Assembly: GCF_016432865.1 (NCBI RefSeq)
Contig: NC_067400.1
Span: 335,110,001 to 335,174,000, forward strand
DNA: 64,000 nucleotides
Reading direction: 5' to 3'
Source of the DNA: Antechinus flavipes
Taxonomy: Eukaryota
Below are positions 22,751 through 34,734 of this stretch, one piece after another (within the stretch, counting starts at the first letter, position 1; each line of letters begins with the position of its first letter). Both the position numbers and the translations under genes were made by a program. Below the pieces are notes generated by a model that was not told the DNA's origin, did not search any database, and worked only from the letters and a program-made list of their open reading frames with translations.

Positions 22751-25700
22751 ACAAACCAGTACATATGATTCTTACCCAACCTTCTTTAAATGGTTATTTT
22801 GAGGATCAAATGAGATCATAAATATGAAATTTCTTTTAAAAAGTATGTGATAAATCCCTTTCAGCTAAAAACAAGGTACATGATCTTTTTGGTTGATACC
22901 TACACATACCATAGGCACTCAGCCTAAATACATCTGATAGTTTTGTGGATGATTGATTGAGAGACCAGCATATCACCAAGCATCTATTGCAGTGGAGCTC
23001 CTCCATTGTCTTTTCTGAAGTCCCTGGATATAGCTGAGTAGAGCCTGCCCTCAGCAAAATCATAAAGTTTGTCTTCAGTGCCATGGCCTTTTCTTAATAC
23101 ATTCCTTATTCCTTGTTACTTATCAAGTACTTACTACTCTTGTCTAACTCCCCAGTGCTCCAAAAGCCCTAATTAGTTTTGATTTCCTATGTAGAACCCA
23201 GATACTTCTCTCTAGATATTTTCCTTCCTTCATCCCAACAAAACGTACTTGTCCTTATCTCATCACTTTAGGTCAGCTCACTAGGGACCAACATGATAAA
23301 TAGAATTATGTAAAAGTGTTAATGGTTTAGTTGCTTACAGAAAAATCTGACTTTTTTGTTTTTAAAAAGAAATTTAGGATGACTTTATTTTAACACAATC
23401 TGAAGGTATATGCAAATTAACAGATTTGGGGGAGATGTAGCATTTAACTCCAAAAAATATTCTAAAGAGTCGTAAACTTGGAATTATGCAAGACCAGAGT
23501 TTAAATCCCATGCCAACATTTGGCAGCTTTGTGGTCATAGGTAAATAATTTAAACTCCTTGAGCCTTATGTTCCTTATCACTGAGCTTACAGTGTCTTTT
23601 GAAGTTCAAATGAAATATCATATGTAAAGTGGTAAGAAAACCTTATGGGATTATAAAAATATTAGCTGGTGTTATTATTTATTAATGATAGAACTTGCAA
23701 TATTGTAAAATCTGGGTTGGTGATTATTTTAGGATAAACCAGACTTCCCAGTATTTACCAAATAACTCTATGTATTTTTCCTATGATATCTCCACCCTTA
23801 CTTTTGCCATAACTCTAAGTTTCTAGGATCAATTAGGATCCTAATCCTGAGGATCCAGTTAGGATTGTAGGGATGTAGGATGTAGGGAATCCAAATAAAG
23901 GTTAGAATCATCTCAAAATTCCATAAAAATTCAAGGGCAGGGGAGTTGGGAGTCATCTTTGACATCTTAAGAATATTCTCAGTTCTGGGTTTCCCAGGAA
24001 TTCTCTCTCAGATACTTCACTACTAACAGGGACCACAAGACTCAGAGGAGTTCAAGACCAAAAATGTCCTTTGTGGAGCATATGAAATTCATTGCCTTTT
24101 TAAAATTTCTGATTTTCCAAGGCTCTGAAATTAATGAGAATGGCCTACCATGAACTGAAGGCCCCCCTCTAGTCACCATATATTTTCCAATATGTAACTT
24201 GTAACTACTGGAAGAGAGGAATTATGTTTATCAGTCAGGGGTTAGTTTCTATTGCAAAGTATGAAACTCAAATTTCTATATATTCCATATAAAGAATAAA
24301 CTGAGGGAAATAATGGCTTTACAAAAGGATACATAAATATGAAATAATGAGTTTGTGCTCAATGGTCTCTTCCAGCTTTAAATCTTTGATCAAACAAGCA
24401 GATTTATAATACTTCTGATATTCAGCTTTTATCTTATCACCTTAGGAATGTGTTAGGAGCAGGAACTTACATGAAGTTGAGGAAGAGAAACTAGAAGTGA
24501 AAGGCTGTTGACAAGGCTGTAATATCCCTAACTGGTATTTGAAAATTCCAGACTCCTTAGTCTTTTTGGCTGGCTCAAAACATGGGCATCTTTTCTTTTG
24601 AGATTTAAGCTCAGGAATGTTACTGAAAATCCCTTTTAATTTTAATTTTCAGTGCTTTAAAGCCAGAGGAACATGGGGTCCTCTGATGAGAATATTGGAA
24701 TTGAGTTCACACAAAAATGATAATCACTAAGGACCTGAGCTGCATCTGTCACTGAAAGACAAAGTTGACATTGAACGAATGTCCTGTCACACCCATAGTA
24801 TTTTGTTTCTCTTTCTATGCAGGATAAATAAACACACTGAAGTCAAAATGTTATATCTACATTGCTTTTTATTTGAAACTTCAGAATAGGATTTCAATAG
24901 TTAGCGTTGGATTTGCCATATGGCTTCAGTCCTGCTCCCTCAAGCTAATATTAGTCATACTGACCCCTAGAAATCCAGAAGGGCAATGTTATATTGCAGA
25001 AGGGAAGACTGTATAAAAGGGTCACAGATGAATTCAAGTCCCCCTTCTTCCACTTATGTAACTTGGGCAAATCACTTCATATTTTTAGGCCTCAGGTTCC
25101 TAATCTATAAAATGAAGGAGTTAGACTAAATAATCTCTATGGCTTCTCATGGATCTAAAATTATTTGATTCACTCTAATTCTGTCCTGATTGATAATCTC
25201 TTTCAATGTAGTTAACCATTCTCATTCCACCTAAAAGTAAACAGAAGGATAGAAAGGTTGGATGATATGCCCAGCTCATGCATTAAGTTTCTACTTTTTT
25301 GCACTATAAACTAGGGTAAGCCAACAAATGACATGATAAAAGTGAATGTATGGATTTTATAGTGTGTTATTTTAGGTAATATATTAGTATCTCCATTTCT
25401 CTAAAAAGATCCCATGTTTCTCACCTTGTTTACTTTAATTCAATAATTAATTCAACAAATAATCACTATTGGTTCCAGCCCTAGCCTTGGATTCAATCTC
25501 TGACACTGATCCAAGAGAGAAATTTATCACAGTTTTGTGATAAAGAGGAAATAGAAATCCATACCTTACTATACCCACTAGTTTGGTGGGCAATATTGTG
25601 AGTCTTTGATCAAGCTAGAAAATGTAACTCTCCCTTCCAATAGAAAGACCAAAGAGTTTGAGGGAGATGGATTAGGATTCTTTAGCTTCACAAAGATTAT

Positions 25701-26004
25701 GCTTGACATAAAAGGATGAACTTATCAACCAAAATTATTTGGGGGAAAGGGGAGGAATCAATTCAATAAGGCTGGAAATCTGAGGATAAAAGCCCCCATC
25801 TTATGCTCACAACTCTGGGGAGCTATCCAGGGTACTAATCTTTCCCCTTAAAAAACTCTCCAACCTTCAAGAGCCCTCTTTTTGTCTGGCCACCTAATTA
25901 AACCTGCTTGAATCTTGCTTCTTGACTATGATTAGCTTTTATTAATGACTATTTGCTCCCAAGTTGTATTTTGTCTTATTTCATTTGCCTCCCATGCCAA
26001 CAAT

Positions 26005-26240
26005 TGCCCCACTTCATGGATTCTTAGCCTTTGTATTATGAATCTTCTGGCAGTCTGCTGAAGTCTCTATATGTCTTCCCAGAGTAATGTTTTCAAATAA
26101 AAAATGAATTAAATTATAAAGAAATAATATATATTAAGATATTGTGTGTATATATATACATATGTATGTATATATATACATATATATGTGTGTATATATA
26201 TATATAGTTTAAAAGTTTATCAACTAGATTAAGAACCACT
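26005..26240 (+). mobile_element. hAT MITE (same family as 18052) with an internal (TA/TG) microsatellite
   Basis: 'ggattcttagcc..ctggcagtctgctgaagtc..gattaagaaccactg'; microsatellite at 26135-26205. Confidence 0.65.
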
Positions 26241-26640
26241 GCAAATCATGTCTTATCAGAGCTGGATCATTTTCTGTGTTCACTGTTTACTCTAGCAGTT
26301 ATGTAATGAGAAAGGGAGGAGGAGGTCAAACCTGGGATGCTTTCTAAGGCTCCATCTAGCTCTGAAATTCTGAAGTTCTGTAATTAGAGTTAGATATGTT
26401 ATATGTGATATCATCTTCCATCAACTCATAATGGTTGCCCAAGAACATGGAAACTATCAGAGGAAAAAAGGAAGTAATGCTTAAGTGTAGGATAAAACAT
26501 TGCCTTCTTGAGACTTCTCTTTTAAAATGTAAGCCTGAAAGCGATCACATATTTAGCCCCATCTCTAATATCCTGCTATAATGTTTTATTAGATTTAGGG
26601 AGTATGACCATATGTTTAATCAAAAGCATTGGATTCTGGA

Positions 26641-26724
26641 AGGGCTGAAAGAACATTAAAAAGGTAGAGTACAATATGGATAAGGGCTGAGAGAACATTA
26701 AAAAGGAAGAGTAGGATATAGGGA
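26641..26724 (+). repeat. Two-copy 42-bp tandem duplication
   Basis: agggctgaaagaacattaaaaaggtagagtacaatatggata versus agggctgagagaacattaaaaaggaagagtaggatataggga, 35/42 identical. Confidence 0.85.
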
Positions 26725-27289
26725 AATTGGTATGAGGGTACAGGAATGGCTGATCCTATTTCTGGGTATGACCTCATAGAAACCAGCTACCACACTGTCC
26801 CTCATATTTCCCATTCTAGACTAGTCCTTCAAAACATTTCTCATGATTTTCCACAGTAAAGGAATTGTTCATTTGCCCCAACTACCTGGCATTGCCCTGC
26901 TAGATATTTGCAGTTTCTAACTCTGCTGGATCTTGTTGCAACTCACACTGTACTTCAGACCCTCAGGTGCTAATGAGCTCAGACAAGACTGAGAAAGCGG
27001 GAACTGGTTTTCTCAGCTGCCTCCCATACGTCAGAAGTTCTAAATTGGGAGTGAGGTGATCGAGGGAGGGTTAGAGGAGGTGACGCCCTATGTTTAAATC
27101 TCTAGCCATGCCAACAAAAGGCAGAGAGTCAGATGTTACAAGAAAATTCATTTATCCTTTTAACCTCTCACTGCTCAAAATTAGAGCTCTGAATATAGAA
27201 CTTTGCCAGGGCAAATTCTTAGTGAGAAATTCAACACTAATCTCAACCTGCTCAGGTGTCCTGCTTTAGACTGTGGAGGACATGATAAA

Positions 27290-27630
27290 AATTACTGATG
27301 TTTACTGTGCAAACATTTAATTTTCAATATATCCTGTGAGATAGCTAAGGTTGATAATATTTTCTCAATTTGAAAATTGAAATACAAAGAGATTAAGTGA
27401 TTTCCTGAGATCATATAGCTTGTCAAAATTAAGCCCTTTTGTCCCTAATTTTGCAAGTTTTTGCAAAGTACTTGGTAGATATTTTTCTTCATTTGAGCCT
27501 TACAGTAAAGGAGGTAAAGGGGTGCTATGTTATGATCATCCCATTTGTAAAATGGGAAGGATTTTAACTCAGAGATTGAATGAATCATCCCAAATCACAC
27601 AGTGTCTGAGGCAGGATTAACTCAATACTT
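27290..27630 (-). mobile_element. MIR SINE carrying a 130-bp templated insert (27311-27440)
   Basis: The flanks 'aattactgatgtttactgtgc' and 'ttttgcaagtttttgcaaagtac..catttgagccttac..cccatttgtaaaatg' rejoin as a reverse MIR. Confidence 0.6.
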
Positions 27631-28499
27631 CAGTCTCTGTACTCCATCCTGTCTCATGAGAGAAAATATAGTCTCTGCTTTTAGAATACATAATCTATCT
27701 AAGGAGGTAAGATTGACTCACACACATGAGGAACAATGACTAGTATAAACCAATTTATATAGATTTAAATTATGCAGTACTGGCTATAAATGCTATAGAT
27801 TTTCTAGGGGAAGGAGATGCAGGCTGAAATAATCTCAGAATACTTGATGAAGCAGGTGGACTTCAACTTGGACAAGACTCTGTATAAGAACCTTGTCCAG
27901 TACTATGATCTTAAATGTGGTAGGTATTCTAGCAGGCAAATGTGACAAGAAGAAGTTCTCAATTGAGCAGAAATATAGAAAAGTTCTAGATCTCCAGATC
28001 CTTGAAGAATAGCCTTCTGGTACTGTGTTTAATGAGCAAATGATAAACTGCATTAGTCTAGCAGATGGAAGATGGAAATGAGGTGGGAGTCGGGGTAGAA
28101 GAATGAAATGTGCTGTGGCTAATCTACAAACCAAATAATCTTCCTTGAAGTGAATGATGGTCTACATTACTTACCAAAATTTTAGTCCCACAGATATAGA
28201 AGTTTCAGAGATTTCCTTTCATGTTTCCTCCTATTGTTTTCTAACTATACTGCCCATATGCAGCCTCTTTTGAAACCATATTCCTTGATTTGAAAGATGT
28301 GTCCCTTCTTGTGCCAGCAAATGCATTATCTAATTGCTTAATCTGAATTTAAGTAAGTCCATTCATAGAGTTATCTTGGAAAATTGTTCCAAAGAATAAT
28401 AAGTCCTTAAAGTTATGATTTCTCTAATATCATAAATGGTATGCCCAGAGTCAAATAATAAACATAACATAAATATATTTTTATACTACAAAGAAATTA

Positions 28500-29340
28500 C
28501 AGACATTTCATCAATGTTATTGAAGGTCTACTTTGCTTAGGGCCTCAAAGATACAAAGAGTTACAATGTGCTGTCATTTCCCTCAAGGGATTTATAATCT
28601 AGTTGGGGAAACAGGTCACACATATAAGGTATGACTAATAATGTAATATATAAGTACCAAATTAGAGTCAATCTAGTATAATGGAATTAGCTATAGACTT
28701 AGGGTCAGAAAACTGACTCTACCTCTTAGTTGTTTAATTTTAGATAAGTAGCTTCATCTCTCAGCACCTCTGTTTCTTCTGCTATAGTATAAGGAGGTAT
28801 TGCTAGATGGTCTCTAAGATCTCTTCTAATTCTAGCTTTCTGTAATTGTATGAACAATAATAGACAAAATGTGCTGTAGGAGTTGAGATGAAGAAGTGAT
28901 AACCCAAGAATCAGGGAAGTTGGAGAAGGCTTTATGAAAGAGAAGAGACCTAAAGTGGTCCTTGAAGACTGATAAGTTTTACATTACTGGATAGGAGGAG
29001 AGGGGAGAGCATTTTAGGTAGCATAAGTAGTCTGAAAATTGGTATACAAATAGATTTACTCATGACATCTATGAGTAGAGATAGACAAAATGAATATATG
29101 GGTTAGACATAGAACAGGCAGTGGACATAGAGAAACTAGGAAGTGTTTATGGGAACAATATTTCAGTCAAATTCTGCTGGGCTTGATGGAGAAGTTAAGA
29201 CATTATCCTATGTGCATCTGAGAGCCATTGAAGGATTTTGAGTGGGGCATGATATCATCTTAAGATGGTTTTCTATAGGTTCTATGCAGGATGGATCAGA
29301 CAAGGGAAAGGATGGAGGCAGGAATTCCATTGTGCTAATA
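28500..29340 (-). mobile_element. L2 fragment (with an embedded MIR3 at about 28670-28850)
   Basis: 'ccctcaagggatttataatctagttgggg..agagccattgaaggattttgagtgggg..ggaaaggatggaggcagg'. Confidence 0.65.
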
Positions 29341-29362
29341 AGTAATATAAGAGGTAGGGGTG

Positions 29363-29530
29363 AAACATTTAATTTTCAATATATCCTATGAGATAGCTAG
29401 AGTTGATAATATTTTCTCAATTTGGAAACTGAAATACAAGAAGGTTTAGTGATTTCCTGAGATCACATAGCTTGTTAAAATTAAGCTCTTTTTGTTCCTA
29501 GTCCAGTCCATTTTTCACAACTATATCTTA
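29363..29530 (-). mobile_element. MIR fragment, source of the 27311-27440 copy
   Basis: Continues naturally into the reverse-MIR head 'cctagtccagtccattttcacaactatatc'. Confidence 0.6.
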
Positions 29531-29995
29531 TATCAGTACTAAGAGAAATTATGGATTTCTTTCTTCCTGGAATTTTTTAATGAATAGACACAATGGCTGG
29601 CTCTCTCAGAGTGATGACCATGGGATGAAAATTATATCCTGATGAAATTATATTCTTTTCTGAGATTCTGATATTTGACATTATGTGGTGTGTGCCACTT
29701 GCTATCATAGTGCCCATTCAATTTTATCACAAATTAGGGCATCCATTTTTGGTGTACATTAAATGCCTATTCATCTGGTATGGTCAGGGAATATTTTTAG
29801 TTAGTAGACAGATACTACAGATCCTATACATTGATTTTTAATTCTCAAAAATTAGAACTCCTTAAAATAAAATTATCACTGATCTATCTCCAAGAGTACA
29901 GGAAATAGAGTTGTCACAACTAGTTTCTCTAATGTTTGAGCAACCAAGTCAGGATTTTATTGCCTCCGCAACCTTATTAGTTATACTAGGATTAG

Positions 29996-30231
29996 AATTT
30001 GATGATTTGATGACATCCACAATGTTTAGAATTCAGGTCTGTTAGTTCCTTGTTATTTCCATAACAGAATCAGAATTTCATAGTGGCAGAGGATTAATTG
30101 GCCTAATCTGTATTGGAGCAGTAAACTCCTCTATAATATCCTAGATATATGGTACCCAAGAGCCACTCAATAATTGTTTGTGGAACTGAATTGGAATGGA
30201 ATCATTGTGGATGTCATCAAATCATCAAATT
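29996..30231. repeat. Perfect 29-bp inverted repeat with a 178-bp spacer
   Basis: aatttgatgatttgatgacatccacaatg (29996-30024) is the exact reverse complement of cattgtggatgtcatcaaatcatcaaatt (30203-30231). Confidence 0.95.
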
Positions 30232-31854
30232 TTGAGTGCTAGAAAATGCACTTTTTAGAACTGAAAGGATAAAGATCATCTAGTCCAATTCCCTTATTTT
30301 ATAGATGAGGAAATGGTAGTAGCATAGTAGAAAGTAAAAGTATAGTGGCATAATCAAAGTCACATGGCTAATTAAAGTAAAGCTAAGATTCAAATTCAGT
30401 TCTTCCGGATCCCAATCCAATGTTCCTATATAGTACAGATTATTATTACATGAAAATATGGACTTGTATATTATCAGGAATTTTTTTATATTGGATGTGA
30501 ATGCTACACTAATGTTGGAAAAGCAAAAGCATATTCCCCTAAGTAGGTCAATTAACTTTCCTTCTAGTCCTAACATGTACTGCTCATGTGATTAACAAAC
30601 CAGGAAGGCTTTCACAGAACAGAATGAGGCTTCATTTCCACTCTAGCTGGATGATCACAAATTCCAAATGAGCAGAGTCTGAATTAATGAAATTTGACTG
30701 AGCTGGGCTCTTTCCTTCTGTAAGGTTCACAACTCAGAATGCTTTGCAAAGAAAGGTCAGTTGTCACAAACTAGATTTGTCCTTTCACAAAGACTTCTAT
30801 GTGTTGTGTCATCACTGTCTCCTTCCTGCCAACCTATTCAAAGGCTCTCACTATTAATTATGCAGCTGAGCTCATTAGCACTTTGTTAATTAAAATGAAT
30901 GACTGAGAGATTGAGATGGCTGAAGTATTACACCTCAGTGAGCCAGAGATCCCAAGGAAACTGTCCAGGAGAAATCCTCCTGAGTCCTTGCCTTTCCCAG
31001 GGAAGTGGTGGAGACTTAAGTTATCAGCTTTGTTTAGTTGCTGGATTGAAGGCAGCCCTCTAGGATTTGGACTGTCCCTATAGGTTTAGAATCTCCCTCC
31101 CTCCTCTCTAAGAAGCAGCAGCCAAGGTCATAAGAAGAGTTTCCCTCTAGTGTGGCCAGGAATCCCAGAAAAATTTCACACACCTCCCCCAGACATTACC
31201 TCCATGGATACTATAAATTTAACATTCTCCATCAGGAAGGGTGAAGAGAACAAGTCAAACCCAAACAAAATAGAAATAATAAAAAAGAGTTTCTGAGAAG
31301 ATAGAGGAGACGGGCAGAAATGAGAGAAAAGAGTTATGTGTAGCTTAATTTTTTTCAAACTTGCTGCAAGCTGGGAGAGGGAGGAGATATCCTAGATTAT
31401 TTATTAGCTTAAAACTGTTCATTAAAATAATAGCTTTAGAAAGGAAAATTCTAGAGAAGTTGAAGTCAGAAAAGAACAAGAAATCTGTAGTCTTTAGGGC
31501 AGGGAAGTCCCTGAAACAATTATAGATGAGGCAAAATTGGTCTTTAGTGCCTTTAAAGTCCCCTTTATGTCTTCTTTTTCCCATTTCATCCTCTACTCTC
31601 TACTCCTTCACTACCCTAGAAGGCCAGTAATCCAGTGAGGCCATACCCACTGGAACTCTGATAATTTTTTTTATATTTCTAGAGTATTAGAGATTTAACC
31701 CATAATCATCCCCTAGGGATTTTTATTTTTAACAAAGAAACCACAGAAAACAATACTTAATCAAAAGGAATGAATCTTTAATTTGGAATATGAGGTGCTT
31801 TCAACTGTACATGAAAGAGGCAGATTTAGATAGTGAGCTCTATAGATAAAGATG

Positions 31855-32040
31855 GCCTTAGAGATCACTAGACATGACATCAGATGATTTGGGTTTGAGT
31901 TCCAGTGCCATCATTTAATAACTGTGTAATTCTGGGAACTCATTTCCCATTTCTTAGCCTTAGTTTTCTTATCTATAAAATGAAGAGCTGGACTAGATTG
32001 CCTTGAAGATTCCTTCCAGGTTCAATATTCTGTGATTGAT
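31855..32040 (+). mobile_element. MIR3-like SINE
   Basis: 'tttgggtttgagttcc..cttagttttcttatctataaaatgaagagctggactag..gattccttccagg'. Confidence 0.75.
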
Positions 32041-32894
32041 ACAAATAACTATATGAAATGCCAGTTGCCAGAAATAATATTTGTTATACCCTATCCCCCC
32101 TCACTCATGGATGGGTCTTTAGGAATCTTTTTCATGCAAAGAACTAATTTTAGACATATAGAAGCTTCTGTTTATCTTCCTGTAAAGAGGAAAATTTTAT
32201 CTTGTTCTCATAAGGCATCCTTTTCACATCTTGATGATTTTCTCCTTATTTCTTTTGTTTTGGGGTACCCTGTTTTGCTTTCTGATCTAGTTGCATAGGC
32301 ACTATATTTTATTTTCTTGATGACTTAGGTAGCTATGTATAATTTTTTGGTTCCTATATCGGTCCTTTGAGTCAGGTCCCTGCATCCACATAGCTTTGAA
32401 TCAGGGTCTTATTCCTGACATTATTTCAGCCTGAGGTTTTCAATAAAGTTCTATGATGTTCCTTAGAGGCCCCTAAGAATGTGCTATAGCTGAGGATTGC
32501 AAAAGTCATCTACTGGAAGAGTCTCTTTCCTTTCTAACTTTACACTCTTTATATAACAATAGCCCCAAGAGATTCTAGGAATCCTCTCAATGATCATCAC
32601 CCTAAGATAAGCAGCCTCCTGGGAGCTCAGTGCTGAGTGACAGACTTCCTACAGAGGAACAAACAGTTAAAAGCTCCCTTGTGGATCATTGCCAAAGAAA
32701 TGGAAAGCAGCTGGGCTTATACATAGACAGAGTAGGTATTTACATGTACAGTGTGACTTGTCACATTCAAAACTCGGGTCAAAATACTTTCCCTATAGAT
32801 CTAAAATGGTCCCTAAAATTCCATATTCATTCCCTTGGTTTGTAAAAGCTTTGGGGCTTTTATGAGCCTCTTGTTAAAATAATAATTTTATTAT

Positions 32895-33060
32895 TTAGTT
32901 ATTTTTGGTCGTGTCCAACTCTTCATGACCCCATCTTGGAGCATTCTTGGCAAAAATACTGGAATGGTTTGCCATTTCCTTCTCCAACTCATTTTATAAA
33001 TAAGGAAATTGAGATAAACAGGGTAAAGTAACTTACCAAAAGTCATATAATTAACATATC
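32895..33060 (-). mobile_element. MAR1 SINE
   Basis: 'gtcgtgtccaactcttcatgaccccat..ttggcaaaaatactggaatggtttgccatttccttctcca'. Confidence 0.85.
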
Positions 33061-33427
33061 TCAGATCCAGAATCTGATTTTTAAACTGTCCTTAATAAAA
33101 ACACATTTTACTTAACTTTTCATTGATGAATAAAAATATATTAATACATAAACTAAGATAAAAATGAAAACAATGAAGACAGAAAGCTTCGGGACTTCTA
33201 GTCCAGGGCTCCATCTGCTAGACAGTGATAGCTACTTTGTTCTTTCTTTTGGCTTCATGCTTATTTCCTTAATAAGGAATTTAGGTTATGGTATTGTATG
33301 TATGTAAGATTTTACAATTAGTAAATTGTAGTAGTAATGGTAGTAGAAATAGAAAATAGAAGTAAAATAATGATAAAATCAATAAAGGGCCAGCTTAGAG
33401 GCAAGAACATGTATGTTTAAGTCACGA

Positions 33428-33880
33428 TTGTGCTGGTAAAGGTTTAACAATAGATTCTTCCAAAAATGTACATACAACACTTTTTTTTCTTTTTATTTAA
33501 TATTTTATTTTCCCAGTTACATGTAAAACAATTTTTAACATTTGTTTTTAAAACTTTTGAGTTCCATATTCTCTCCCTTCTTCTCTTCCTCCACATTGAG
33601 AAGGTACATGTGAAATTATACAAAACATTTCCATAAAAGTCATGTCGTGAAAGAAAACATAGATCTTACCCTCCCCCAAAAAAATCAAGTTAAAAAAAAT
33701 ACTTTCACACATTTTAAAGTTGAATCTGAATTAACATTTCCTCAATGACTTTCTTAAGTCTTATGCAACCATCAGAATGATATATGTTCTGATTTGTAGA
33801 ACTAGCTGATCTTAGAGATATAAGCACTCACAAAAATTTAACAGTTGTCTTTTGGGAGCCATTCAGCTGGCTCCTGTATA
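33428..33880 (-). mobile_element. hAT-Tip100-type DNA transposon derivative (Arthur/MamTip-like, name tentative), split by an L1 fragment
   Basis: Ends 'gtgctggtaaaggtttaacaa' and 'gagccattcagctggctcc'. An opposite-orientation copy lies at 39715-39900. Confidence 0.65.
33481..33705 (-). mobile_element. Short L1 3'-end fragment
   Basis: Poly-T start then 'ttttattttcccagttacatgtaaaacaattt..ttgagttccatattctctccc'. Confidence 0.75.
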
Positions 33881-33944
33881 TCCTCGTTTATGTCTTTTGT
33901 GACTAAGGGTGTGTCCCAGGTGACTTTAAAACTATAACTTAACA

Positions 33945-34352
33945 TGGTGGAGTTGTGAACGAATCCAACCATTCTGGAGAGCAATCTGGAATTATGCCCC
34001 AAAAGTTATCAAATTGTGCATACCCTTTGACCCAGCAGTGTTTCTATTGGGCTTATACCCCAAAGAGATACTAAAGAAGGGAAAGGGACCTGTATATGCC
34101 AAAATGTTTGTAGCAGCCCTGTTTGTAGTGGCTAGAAACTGGAAAATGAATGGATGCCCATCAATTGGAGAATGGCTGGGTAAATTGTGGTATATGAATG
34201 TTATGGAATATTATTACTCTGTAAGGAATGACCAGCAGGATGAATACAGAGAGGCTTGGAGAGACCTACATGGACTGATGCTAAGTGAGATGAGCAGAAC
34301 CAGGAGATCATTATATACTTCGACAACGATATTGTATGAGGATGTATTCTGA
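33945..34352 (+). pseudogene. L1 ORF2p C-terminal remnant (uninterrupted frame)
   Basis: Reads WWSCERIQPFWRAIWNYAPKVIKLCIPFDPAVFLLGLYPKE..MEYY..EMSRTRRSLYTSTTILYEDVF*, homologous to the L1 ORF2 C-terminal motifs (QPLW, IPFDPAIPLLGIYP, MEYY). Confidence 0.9.
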
Positions 34353-34734
34353 TGGAAGTGGATTTCTATGACAAAGAGACCTAACTGAGTTTCAATGGAT
34401 AAATGATGGACAGAAACAGCTACACCCAAAGAAGGAACACTGGGAAATGAATGTGAACTATTTGCATTTTTGATTTTCTTCATTTTTACCTTCTGAATCC
34501 AATTCTCCCTGTGCAACAGAACTGTTCGGTTCTGCAAATATGTATTGTATCTAGGATATACTGCAACATATTTAACATATATAGGACTGCTTGCCATCTT
34601 GGGGGGGGTGGAGGGAGGGAGGGGAAAAAACGAAACATAAGCGAGTGCAAGGGATAATGTTGTAAAAAATTACCCTGGCATGGATTCTGTCAATACAAAG
34701 TTATTATTAAATAAAATAAAATTTAAATTAAAAA
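33945..34734 (+). mobile_element. Young 5'-truncated L1 (dasyurid-type) with a perfect 17-bp TSD
   Basis: TSD aaaactataacttaaca at 33928-33944 and 34735-34751, canonical TT|AAAA nick site, G-rich 3' UTR and A-rich tail. Confidence 0.95.

Noticed and set aside
25624-25985. Possible solo LTR (TG start, GATAAAA, ATTAAA)
   Set aside because: No TSD found and no second copy in the window; it cannot be supported without a Dfam search.
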